Shown here piece after piece: positions 26,401-37,800 of a stretch of DNA of 64,000 nucleotides. The notes below the pieces were generated by a model that did not search any database, had not been told where the DNA came from, and worked only from the letters and a program-made list of their open reading frames with translations. The first letter of the stretch is position 1, and each line of letters begins with the position of its first letter. The position numbers and the translations under genes are program-made. This DNA is from Phoronis australis (Eukaryota; Animalia; Phoronida), in NCBI GenBank assembly GCA_002633005.1, contig NMRA01000003.1:1726503-1790502 (forward strand), given 5' to 3'.

Positions 26401-27635
26401 TATAATTCTATCACCAGTTGTCAATATAAAAATAGCCTGAACAACTAATAGCTTTATTATTTCAAAACTTACTTCCTCACTGATTTCCTTTAGTACACTT
26501 GGTTTCAGCTCCATGTTTTTGTACAGAGTTCCAATCACGATGCATTTTTGATTATGTTGTAATTCAAACAACTTCTTAACTGGAATATCCCCTGAAAACA
26601 ATAACTACCAGATAATAACTTTAAACAACAACATTCATTTCATAATTAGTCCATACCTCTGATGACTTCAAGAGGCACTAATGAAAACCACTATCCCACT
26701 AACACCAGACTTTTGAGGGTCAACCTCATTTTGTTACACACCACTAGAGTAGTAACCGTTGTGAAGCTTATATCAATGTGTAGAGTGCTTGAACAGCAGG
26801 TGCATGTAAAATGTGAGAATCAATTGACAATCACTTTGACTGTTGCAGCCGTGAAAAATAAGTTGTTGCAACTGACAGCTGGAGAAATAATACAGTATTT
26901 GAAAACAAGTTTTAAATTTGTTGACATCAGTCTAGGTTATAGTAGTTTTTCATATAAAACACATCTAATTCACGGCATTTGTTGAATGTCGGTTGGACTG
27001 TTTCTAAATATCGTTTAGTGTCACGTGCACTGATTACAACATAACCGGGCACTAGTCGGTTATAATGGACCCTGACTTAGACAACCAGTTTCATCCACTA
27101 AATAACGTCCGTTATTCAGTTATTGCCTGGTTCTCTAAATCAGGGTCCCTTATATCCAACTTGTGCCCATCACTGCTGGATTACGTGTGATTATCCGATG
27201 AATGCAAACAATGATATGAACTATGTAAAAATTGGTTTGCCAACTTTCTCCCCTTGCTATCTCCATCAGATTGATAACGATACGATCATAACCCGAGTTC
27301 CCCATCACACGCGAAATCGTGAAACTCAACCCACAGCGCGGGAGCGTAACGAGTTGGCATGTATATGGAACTGAAATGTACAATCAGATTCTGTCAATTT
27401 ACTGACCCCATTTGTGTTTGGCAGCGACTTCAAGAAGTGGCCGCGTACTAGCCAATCTAGTTGCGTAGAGATGAGCATACTGTCTCCGGTAACTTCTTTC
27501 TTTCAAGACAAAACGTGAGGAAAGATTTTCGTATTTTGATGAACAACGAGCGAACGTTGTAACACTTCCATCGGGTTTGGAAAGTAGTTTTCCAGTCGAC
27601 GACGAAGATGAAGTCAGCTCGGGCATCATTTTCAT
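14493..27635 (-). CDS. POLD2: DNA polymerase delta subunit 2, ~471 aa, 10 coding exons
   Basis: Exons 27635-27407, 26591-26473, 25834-25711, 24905-24785, 22895-22700, 22145-22065, 21695-21538, 20242-20115, 17072-16971 and 14650-14493 are all GT-AG and total 1416 nt in frame. Motifs: QYAHLYATRL, GTLYK.MELKPSVL, LILEDELQRIKL, LPQQPLHPCMFP, GTSGQN, HLAPTAPDTLGCYP, CPHVYFAG. The start could also be the ATG at 27629 or 27626. Confidence 0.97.
14980..15680 (-). mobile_element. Degenerate copy of the array-bearing Helentron-like element
   Basis: Starts ACAAGAGCAATGTA...TGCACCCAC and contains eroded ~140-bp monomers (e.g. CCATTAGGGGGCAC near 15355). Confidence 0.5.
15722..15820. repeat. Minisatellite 33 bp x3
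   Basis: TGCACTATTCACATTG(G/A)ACTGACCACTGGTGTC repeated three times. Confidence 0.95.
18088..19334 (-). mobile_element. Helentron-associated (DINE-1/HINE-like) non-autonomous element, ~1.25 kb
   Basis: One end has the palindrome ACTTGGCGGAA-GAA-TTCCGCCAAGT next to an A-rich tract. The other end has the subTIR ACTTGGCGGAA and a CGCTC-GGAG-GAGCG hairpin. No TSD; inserted in A/T runs. A highly similar inverted copy lies at 62592-63827. Confidence 0.8.
20281..20944. mobile_element. Old TIR element with probable TAA/TTA target site (Harbinger/Zator-like)
   Basis: Imperfect TIRs AAGTTAAGTAGGACCTTATCAAC / GTCGATAAGGACCTACGTAACCT. Related fragments occur near 50000-50760 and 58900-59130. Confidence 0.5.
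22980..24680 (-). mobile_element. Array-bearing Helentron-like element (same family as 3602-5216)
   Basis: Same terminus ACAAGAGCAATGTAGAGCATTGAAATGCGCCCAC followed by ~140-bp monomers with CCACTAGGGGGCA-type motifs. The right boundary is approximate. Confidence 0.65.
27047..27168. repeat. Fold-back MITE, near-complete 122-bp palindromic copy
   Basis: GGGCACTAGTCGG..GACCCTGA..AACCAG pairs with CTGGTT..TCAGGGTC..CCAACTTGTGCCC. Confidence 0.7.
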
Positions 27636-28129
27636 TTAATACAAACGTTATTTACAAACTGTAGGGTTCTATAGCATAGTAAAATGCAGTTAAATCGTGA
27701 AGTAAATACGTAAACACTCCCGAACATTGAATGAAAGCTTTTCCCGCGATTTGCAACAAGTACATCCGGTTTTGCGTGCCCTCTGGCGAGTATTGCTGAA
27801 AAATAAACAATAGCAACTTCCTGTGGGTGGATTATCTTGTTCACTTGTTGATTGATAGATAAGTCGGGTTGATAAAGTGAAATGCACATTCACAGACAAC
27901 CAGAGCATCAGTTTTCAATGGAAATGTCACATTAGGTTAGGTGCTAACACTTACAAGCTTAATAGGAACCGGAATCCTTTGCTAACGGCTTCGACCGAGT
28001 TGTCCAGTGCTCACGGTGTGGGTTGCAAACTTGCGGCGTTGGGAGCCTGTGCGGTGGCAAGTTATGAACTAGTAGGCCTACTTGACTTTGGAATGTTTTA
28101 AATTTCATAATTGCATTGAGTCGTACACC
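27636..28129. promoter_or_regulatory. Putative bidirectional promoter of POLD2 and the 7TM gene, with E2F and ETS-like sites
   Basis: Divergent ATGs are ~495 bp apart. TTTCCCGC (E2F consensus) at 27740-27747, ACTTCCTG near 27816 and ACCGGAA near 27968; locally CpG-rich. Confidence 0.6.
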
Positions 28130-31032
28130 ATGGATGGTATGCAGCATAGAGGTACACAAAACGAACCTGGTGCATCGTCTATCGCAGACAGTGGAAGTGG
28201 AACCCTGTTTGGTTCCTCCCGGAGGTTAGTGACTGTCAGTGTTTGTTGTTGCACAACACTTTACTGTTTAAACAATTAAATGTCAACCACAGTTAAGTCA
28301 AAATCACTCTATTTAAACTTGAAAAGTAGAAATAATCCATCAAGTTTGCGGTGGGATATCTTGCCTTAAATCGTAGATGCATATAACTGCAGTCCTGGTG
28401 GGCCTAGTGGGGTCTTTTCTTTTTAGTTGAAATCGAACTCGCAGTTATTTTTGTCATTGTCAATTCTACTTTGTTCAAGTTCAAGAAAGGAGTCTATATT
28501 AATTGTTCTGCGCTTGAGTGTGTACTGGCTCGTATGAATAACTTATCTTGATGACTCCAACATAGTTCGAGACCGGACTTGAAATTCAAGTTTATGCTAG
28601 AGTACTCAAGTTTTTATGGGAAGTTAACAGCAAAACTCTCAGTGGCAGGTCTAGAATATCATAAGGAAGGGTCCAACATTTTGTTACGGGCAATTGCGCA
28701 AAGCACAATTTCATGTGCGCAACCAGCCTGAAAGATGGGGGGGGGGCTCGAATTTTTTGGACCCTTCTACTAAAAAGCAAACGGAGGACTAAAAAAACGA
28801 GGAAAATGATTGCGCAGGTCGTTTGAGTCGGAATCTTGCAATCGGGTCTGAGACCTCCCCCTCAGCCTAGTGTTAATTTCCGGGGTTAATTAATGAACTC
28901 AATATTTCTTCACGCTCTTGCTGTTTTATTTTTTTGCTGCAGCCAAGGGGGTGACTGGTCTCCCCCAAATCCGCCTATGAATCTAGAGGTCATCAGGTGC
29001 AAACTTGGACTAGACATTCATATGTGCATTTATCATAATGTACTGGAGACAGAATAGTAGAAGCTTATCTTGAGTTTGCACAATTTAGAATAGAAATGTC
29101 AAAACAATTTTGTTCTACGGAGGTTTTGATTACAAAGCTCAGACCACTGCCCTGCCATCATGTCAAGTAAAACTAGGAGCACATATGTGAAAGTTTTGCC
29201 ATATATTGTTGTATTTAAAAATTTGTTTTTGTGTCTCAGAGAGCTTCTCTTGGTCAATTTGATTACTGAGACTGCTTGTTCTTAAGTTTATTGACAAATC
29301 AAATTGTAACTTGACGTCTTGATTATGTGTTTATGTTGCTATTGAAGTTCCATAAGCAGGCTTCCCACATTGTTAGGTGAAGTGGGGCTGACCTCTGTTG
29401 ACAAAGGAATGTTTGTGTGTGTCTCAGTGAACGATTCTGCCCAACACTCGACGGCATTGCAAAGCGCAACTACTGATAAGAGCTCGCCTTCCTGAGAGCA
29501 ATACTATATATAAACATCACAAAAATGTCAGTTGACTTGCAAGATATTGTCAGCTTGGTTAAATCTGTATTAGGAGTCTTTAAGCAAAAAAATTCCTCTC
29601 AGAATTTGTGATTTTCTTGCATTGATTTGAAGGTTTCTGTGTGACCTCATCATTCAAGCAGCTCAATCTTTTCTGCAGAAGTTCTGTCTGCATTGAAACT
29701 ACAAGTCATAAAACACCTGGTCTTGATGGATGTTGTCCATGGTGGATTATAGTGTGGTTCTCATTGAAAAAATCAACCTCACTTTTGTGATTTTGCTCTT
29801 GTGGAAATTTGTAGCCATGAACACTCAATGGCAATAGAATATAATTACTCATTCACTCACTAATGTGCCATCATATAGCATAGTAAGTTGCTTTAACAAT
29901 GACCTTCTTGTATAGTCAATATACTGTCTCCTTACTAGTTAACAATACTGCTGTAGCTAGAATCAATTAATGGAATCTTTTATCAATGGTACATTTGAGA
30001 AAAGACAAAAACACAAACTAATCATGAATTCAATTTGAAGTTTTTAAAAGAATTTCTCTTCATGATTAAATATTTCTCCTGTTAAGCCTTACAAGAAAAT
30101 AAAATTTAACTTGTTGACCATATTGTGTGCTGAATCATGGGCGGCGCCATTGGGGGCTAGGGGGGCTATAGCTGTCACTTTTTTCAGTGCTGCGCCATCC
30201 ATGGTTGAAAGGCGGTGCTCCACAGGGGGGCTGGGGGGACTTTAGGCACCCACTTTTTCAGTGCTGCACCGCCCATGTGAATTGGTTACATTTTACCAAC
30301 AATAAATATTAGTTTAAAGCTGTAGATTTTGTACCCCCAAAAGTGCGCATGGCGTAAGTTGTTATTTGTAATTGAGGACTATCAGTGTAGGTCATATTGT
30401 ATAGTCCAAGTGAGGTTTCAACTTGGTCCCTTACTTGCCCTCTTTTGCGTTGCCGTAATAAGGGAAACATTCCTGTGATTATTTTTTGTGAACCCGTTGG
30501 CGATGGTCCTGGACCCGCATCTTCCATGTTGGCAAGTTTCTCTTTGACGAATATTCAGTTGATGATCTATACCTTTTATACTTACACAAAGTATCGAGGC
30601 GCCTCCTAGACTTGTTACACAATGATCTGTAACCTTTTCTCTTCTCTCTTCTCCATTTCTTTGTGTTTTGGGGACCTTCTTATTAGCGATCGAAAACCTT
30701 TAGAAAGTCTCCTAATTAAAGTTCTCAATAGTTAAGCATTGTATTACGTCTAAATGTAAATAAATGTGCCTCTCCCTCTCCATTTGCAGAGGAGTGACAA
30801 TAGAGGGATCCAGTTCCAGACACTTTATGAGCTTCAAAGACATTCCAGAGGACATGTTACCACAACCTGACATGTATGATGAGAGCTGCGCGCCAACTTC
30901 GGAAGAAATCCGCAAATACAGCACAAAGCAGTCTGATCAATTATCTGGATGGCGTTGGATCTTACTCGCAAAGTCTCTTGCCATAAAAACACACGAAAAT
31001 GACAAACTTGTACCCGGTCTTATGTTGTATAT
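28130..31032 (+). CDS. First copy of exon 1 and the start of exon 2 of the 7TM gene, cut off by an N gap
   Basis: Exon 28130-28224 and an exon starting at 30790 match 31821-31915 and 34467 onward. This is the copy attached to the promoter. Confidence 0.7.
30136..30277. mobile_element. 142-bp MITE with 5-bp TSD (duplicate at 33813-33954)
   Basis: TIRs CATGGGCGGCGC / GCACCGCCCATG flanked by TGAAT on both sides. Confidence 0.75.
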
Positions 31033-31738
31033 NNNNNNNNNNNNNNNNNNNNNNNNNNNNNNNNNNNNNNNNNNNNNNNNNNNNNNNNNNNNNNNNNNNN
31101 NNNNNNNNNNNNNNNNNNNNNNNNNNNNNNNNNNNNNNNNNNNNNNNNNNNNNNNNNNNNNNNNNNNNNNNNNNNNNNNNNNNNNNNNNNNNNNNNNNNN
31201 NNNNNNNNNNNNNNNNNNNNNNNNNNNNNNNNNNNNNNNNNNNNNNNNNNNNNNNNNNNNNNNNNNNNNNNNNNNNNNNNNNNNNNNNNNNNNNNNNNNN
31301 NNNNNNNNNNNNNNNNNNNNNNNNNNNNNNNNNNNNNNNNNNNNNNNNNNNNNNNNNNNNNNNNNNNNNNNNNNNNNNNNNNNNNNNNNNNNNNNNNNNN
31401 NNNNNNNNNNNNNNNNNNNNNNNNNNNNNNNNNNNNNNNNNNNNNNNNNNNNNNNNNNNNNNNNNNNNNNNNNNNNNNNNNNNNNNNNNNNNNNNNNNNN
31501 NNNNNNNNNNNNNNNNNNNNNNNNNNNNNNNNNNNNNNNNNNNNNNNNNNNNNNNNNNNNNNNNNNNNNNNNNNNNNNNNNNNNNNNNNNNNNNNNNNNN
31601 NNNNNNNNNNNNNNNNNNNNNNNNNNNNNNNNNNNNNNNNNNNNNNNNNNNNNNNNNNNNNNNNNNNNNNNNNNNNNNNNNNNNNNNNNNNNNNNNNNNN
31701 NNNNNNNNNNNNNNNNNNNNNNNNNNNNNNNNNNNNNN
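31033..31738. other. Assembly gap (N run)
   Basis: Run of N. Confidence 1.
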
Positions 31739-31820
31739 TGTGCGGTGGCAAGTTATAAACTAGTAGGCCTACTTGACTTTGGAATGTTTTAAATTTCATA
31801 ATTGCATTGAGTCGTACACC

Positions 31821-34800
31821 ATGGATGGTATGCAGCATAGAGGTACACAAAACGAACCTGGTGCATCGTCTATCGCAGACAGTGGAAGTGGAACCCTGTT
31901 TGGTTCCTCCCGGAGGTTAGTGACTGACAGTGTTTGTTGTTGCACAACACTTTACTGTTTAAACAGTTAAAAGTCAACCACAGTTAAGTCAAAATCACTC
32001 TATTTAAACTTGAAAAGTAGAAATAATCCTTCAAGTTTGCGGCGGGATATCTTGCCTTTAATCGTAGATGCATATAACTGCAGTCCTGGTGGGCCTTGTG
32101 GGGTCTTTTCTTTTTAGTCGAAATCGAACTCGCAGTTATTTTTGTCATTGTCTATTCTACTTTGTTCAAGTTCAAGAAAGGAGTCTATATTAATTGTTCT
32201 GCGCTTGAGTGTGTACTGGCTCGTATGAATAACTTATCTTGATGACTCCAACATAGTTCGAGACCGGACTTGAAATTCGAGTTTATGCTAGAGTACTCAA
32301 GTTTTTACAGGAAGTTAATAGCAAAACTCTCAGTGGCAGATCTAGAATATCACAAGGAAGGGTCCAACATTTTGTCTCGGGCAATTGCGCAAAGCACGAT
32401 TGCATGTGCGCAACCAGCCTGAAAGATAGGGGGGGGCTCGAATTTTTTGGACCCTCTACTAAAAAGCAAACGGAGGACTAAAAAAACGAGGAAAATGATT
32501 ACGCAAGTCGTTTGAGTCGGACTCTTGCAATCGGGTCTGAGACCTCCCCCTCAGCCTAGTGTTGATTTCTGGGGTTAATTAATGAACTCAATATTTCTTC
32601 ACGCTCTTGCTGTTTTATTTTTTTGCTGCAGCCAAGGGGGTGACTGGTCTCCCCCAAATCCGCCTATGAATCTAGAGGTCATCAAGTGCAAACTTGGACT
32701 AGACATTCATATGTGCATTTATCATAATGTACAGGAGACAGAATAGCTTATCTTGAGTTTGCACAATTTTGAATAGAAATGTCAAAACAATTTTGTGCTA
32801 CGGAGGTTTTGATTACAAAGCTCAGACCACTGCCCTGCCATCATGTCAAGTAAAACTAGGAGCACATATGTGAAAGTTTTGCAGTGTATTGTTGTATTTA
32901 AAAATTTGTTTTTGTGTCTCAGAGAGAGCTTCTCTTGGTCAATTTGATTACTGAGACTGCTTGTTCTTAAGTTTATTGACAAATCAAATTGTCACTTGAC
33001 GTCTTGATTATGTGTTTATGTTGCTATTGAAGTTCCATGAGCAGGCTTCCCCGCATCGTTAGGTGAAGTGGGGCTGACCTCTGTTGACAAAGGAATGTTT
33101 GTGTGTGTCTCAGTGAACGATTCTGCCCAACACTCGACGGCATTGCAAAGCGCAACTAGTGATAAGAGCTCGCCTGCCTGAGAGCAATACTATATATAAA
33201 CATCACAAAAATGTCAGTTGACTTGGAAGATATTGTCATCTTGGTTAAATCTGTATTAGGAGTCTTTAAGCAAAAAAAGAATTTGTGATTTTCTTGCATT
33301 GATTTGAAGGTTTCTGTGTGACCTCATCATTCAAGCAGCTCAATCTTTTGTGCAGAAGTTCTGTCTGCATTGAAAATACAAGTCATAAAACACCTGGTCT
33401 TGATGGATGTTGTCCATGGTGGATTATAGTATGGTTCTCATAGAAAAAATCAACCTCACTTTTGTGATTTTGCTCTTGTGGAAATTTGTAGCCATGAACA
33501 CTCAATGGCAATAGAATATAATTACTCATTCACTCACTAATGTGCCATCATATAGCATAGTAAGTTGCTTTAACAATGACCTTCTTGTATAGTCAATATA
33601 CTGTCTCCTTACTAGTTAACAATACTGCAGTAGCTAGAATCAATTAATGGAATCTTTTATCAATGGTACATTTGAGAAAAGACAAAAACACAAACTAATC
33701 ATGAATTCAATTTGAAGATTTGAAAAGAATTTCTCTTCATGATTAAATATTTCTCCTGTTAAGCCTTACAAGAAAATAAAATTTAACTTGTTGACCATAT
33801 TGTGTGCTGAATCATGGGCGGCCCCATAGGGGGCTAGGGGGGCTATAGCCTCCACTTTTTTCAGTGCTGCGCCATCCATGGTTGAAAGGCGGTGCTCCAC
33901 AGGGGGGCTGGGGGGACTTTAGGCACCCACTTTTTCAGTGCTGCACCGCCCATGTGAATTGGTTACATTTTACCAACAATAAATATTAGTTTAAAGCTGT
34001 AGATTTTGTACCCCCAAAAGTGCGCATGGCGTAAGTTGTTATTTGTAATTGAGGACTATCAGTGTAGGTCATATTGTATAGTCCAAGTGAGGTTTCAACT
34101 TGGTCCCTTACTTGCCCTCTTTTGCGTTGCCGTAATAAGGGAAACATTCCTGTGATTATTTTTTGTGAACCCGTTGGCGATGGTCCTGGACCCGCATCTT
34201 CCATGTTGGCAAGTTTCTCTTTGACGAATATTCAGTTGATGATCTATACCTTTTATACTTACACAAAGTATCGAGGCGCCTCCTAGACTTGTTACACAAT
34301 GATCTGTAACCTTTTCTCTTCTCTCTTCTCCATTTCTTTGTGTTTTGGGGACCTTCTTATTAGCGATCGAAAACCTTTAGAAAGTCTCCTAATTAAAGTT
34401 CTCAATAGTTAAGCATTGTATTACGTCTAAATGTAAATAAATGTGCCTCTCCCTCTCCATTTGCAGAGGAGTGACAATAGAGGGATCCAGTTCCAGACAC
34501 TTTATGAGCTTCAAAGACATTCCAGAGGACATGTTACCACAACCTGACATGTATGATGAGAGCTGCGCGCCAACTTCGGAAGAAATCCGCAAATACAGCA
34601 CAAAGCAGTCTGATCAATTATCTGGATGGCGTTGGATCTTACTCGCAAAGTCTCTTGCCATAAAAACACACGAAAATGACAAACTTGTACCCGGTCTTAT
34701 GTTGTATATCTTAACTCTTTTCACTGGCTTTTCATATGCCGCATCCAAAACCTGGTTTTGTGTGTACGATATCAAGAGTGCGGAAACACCTTCTACTGTG

Positions 34801-37800
34801 TTTACAGGCACCGTCGATATCGCCATGGCATTGTTTTGGGTTTCATCTGGAATATACGCGCATTCATTGGCTGGGGACCTGTTCAGTAACCCCAGGTTTT
34901 GTAACAGTGTGCGCATGCACTCGAAGATGTTGTTTGGAGTTAGTGCATTGAAACTGACGCTACTTCTGGCTATTGCTGCGATGGTTGTTGATATTTGGAG
35001 AAATTATGAAAATCTGAGTAGTTCCACTTGTTACAAAGTGAGTGTGACGCCCATCATCTGTAAATTCATGTTCATCTCGCGAGTGTCTTTTTCATTCGTT
35101 GCGTGTGTCTGGAATCTGTTGTGTGCCAGTGTCTTATTCTCCGTCGTCAGGACCCACACAATAGGTATATGGACTTTGTTACTGATTATGGTCGATTTGA
35201 TGTAAAACTTATCTCCAATCTATTCTAATTTGGCATTCGGCTTATTTTACTATATTATGCAATATGCAGTTAAATTATGTTGATTAAATTTTATCTCTAA
35301 TGCTATAAAACTGGCATTAGTTGGTTCCTGGAATAATCTATCTAGATTTTATCTGGGGAAATTGGATTGATCTCATGGTCCAAGTTCACAAACTAGTTCA
35401 ACCATGCTTTGTCCAAGTTAGCAAGTTTTAGTGTTACAATGGTCCTAATACAGCTTTCTGTTTGCTGTACCATCAATCCAACTTTAAATGTTGTTAACAG
35501 GGTTTGGCACAGTTAGCTACACGGTATATTTATCGTTTAAGAAAGAAATCAACTGACTTATGAAATTTGAATATTCTGATTTAAAAAATGAAGGTTTTTT
35601 CACTGAGGTCTTATATTTTGTGGTTATTCAAAAACAAACATGATATCAGAATCCACGTGACATCAAAAGACTCAATGAGATGTCAGGGATGCTCGTGGCA
35701 CAGTGGATAGAATCGCGCTAAGTTCTTCATTACTTAACAAAAAATGTTTATAAGAGATTGTCTGTCCAAATCGCATAACGATAATAATCCTTGTTATTTT
35801 ACATCAGCATGCATGCTATTTATATGCTATTTCTAATTTTTGTTTGTAAGTGCTGCGGAGATTCATTAAGGAACTTGAAAAAGACGGTTTGTTGTTTGAA
35901 CTGGGATGGGCCAAAAGACGTGAACATCAGCTTACCAGACAACTGCACGTCACATCTATATCAGAGGGTAGGTCCTGCATTATCAAACTACGTCAGGTGT
36001 TGTATTCAAGCTTTGCAGGTGTATTAGTGTTTACAGAAATATTGTTTTACATTGTACTAACTCAAAAGCCTTTTTCTCTAATATTTTCCATTTCGATTCT
36101 GCCCAACAACCTTGTAGCACCACTTTTCCTTATTTTGAATAGTCTTTGCAACTTTTGTACTATAATACATATGTTATAACGTTTCATTATTCAATCTAGA
36201 TTATCACCGGGCCATGTTAGATAAAACACACCGTTTTATAGACTCTGTGGCACAAATACTCCCTAATACTATAAAGAGGGTGTATTTACCACCTGAATAT
36301 ACAGGTATAATTGCATGTGAACCTTCGAAGAATGGAAAGATGTGGTTGTAAAAGTATTAGGGTGCATGTGGCAGACAGTTCAGTAGGTCTTCACATCCAA
36401 AATAAAGTTTGGCACTCAATATGGTGAGTAAAAATAAAGTTTGGCATGTATAAAAGTTTACTCATGTTATCATCATGGCTAGAAGTATGGTCACAAATTA
36501 ATATCATAATTTTTATTATTTGGAACATGGTAGTTGAACTTTAAAAAAGTGGAACAGTTTCGGCATAATCCCAATTGTGCACTTTATGTTTTGTCATGCA
36601 TTTGTGAACAGTTGGTCATTAACACTGCATTTGCATTATCTCCACACCTGTCATAGCATGGCACACCGTAACAACTGCTTTAGTGTTTTGTTGTTAAAGT
36701 GCATTATTTGTCAGTCTTTGTTTACTAAATCTGATCAGCCATTTTTGAGAATGTTGTTCCGAAGTTCCCGTATTTGGACATTTTTAGGGTGCTATATAAC
36801 CATAATGTTGATGGAACACTTTTTGATTGGTGCTCCATCATTAGCTAACATTCTGCTGTTTGAGGGTAATTGAAACGTTCGCTACCGTGCACATGTTTTA
36901 CTGGTGTGAAATTTTCCCAAAATCAGAGCCACCACTGGATTACTCACAACTGTTTGACGTGAATTCAGATTTTGTGACGCCAAAAGCCTGGCCTGATTTT
37001 TTTATTATGTTTTTTTCTGGATTTTTACGAGATGTAATTTAAACTTGACTTCACATTAAAGTATTTTAGTATTTTCAAATGTCATTTGTCAATAATGTTT
37101 TGCTTTCTTACGTTGACTGTACTTCGGGAGCAGGTTTTCTGTTATACAGAATTTGTTGAATGCACGACACTTTTCATTGTTCACGGTCTTTATTCCGTTG
37201 CGTTCATACTTTCTGAACAAAACTCTACTCTCTACTGAACATAGATACAGTAACTGACCTAGCGACATAATTAAAAGACACACGATATTTCGAAACATAC
37301 TTGTTTCATTCTTACATTGAAATACATGTTTGTGAGTGGAGTTGTCATTTTAATTTTATTTCAGGTGAATACCTTTGGGACGATGACATTTCTTCTTTTC
37401 CTTCCACGTTCGCGGAATCAGGAAATCCTTCAAACACAGTTCTTATCAACATTGATCATGAGAAGGGTTTTCCAAGAGAAGCCAGGCCTTCAAATCAGAT
37501 GTTGAGTACCAGCTATGATTCACAAAGACGCTTGGATTTGATGGATGATCCCTTCATGGAGAGTGCAGCGTCTCGAGCCCAACTGATGTCTGTACGTTAT
37601 ACATCTTTGGAAACTATTGTAGTTTTGGTTCGTGGTATTACCATGGAACAAATTGATTTGCTATAGTCAGTGGAAAGATTCGCTGCTGTTAATTTGACTC
37701 ATTACAGTACAAAGTTGGTAATTTTAGCTTGATTTTACTGAATTCATGACTGCTTTGTGGTAGTGGATTAACTAAGAACTTGAGAAACATATGTTTAAAG

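Larger units (their letters stand above)
28048..34709. repeat. ~3-kb near-identical direct duplication (28048-31032 vs 31739-34709) separated by a 706-nt N gap
   Basis: The copies are collinear, differ only by scattered SNPs and small indels, and both end exactly at the gap edges. Confidence 0.93.

Noticed and set aside
30764-31850. Long ORFs of 254-342 aa in the ORF track
   Set aside because: Their length is an artefact of reading through the N gap.
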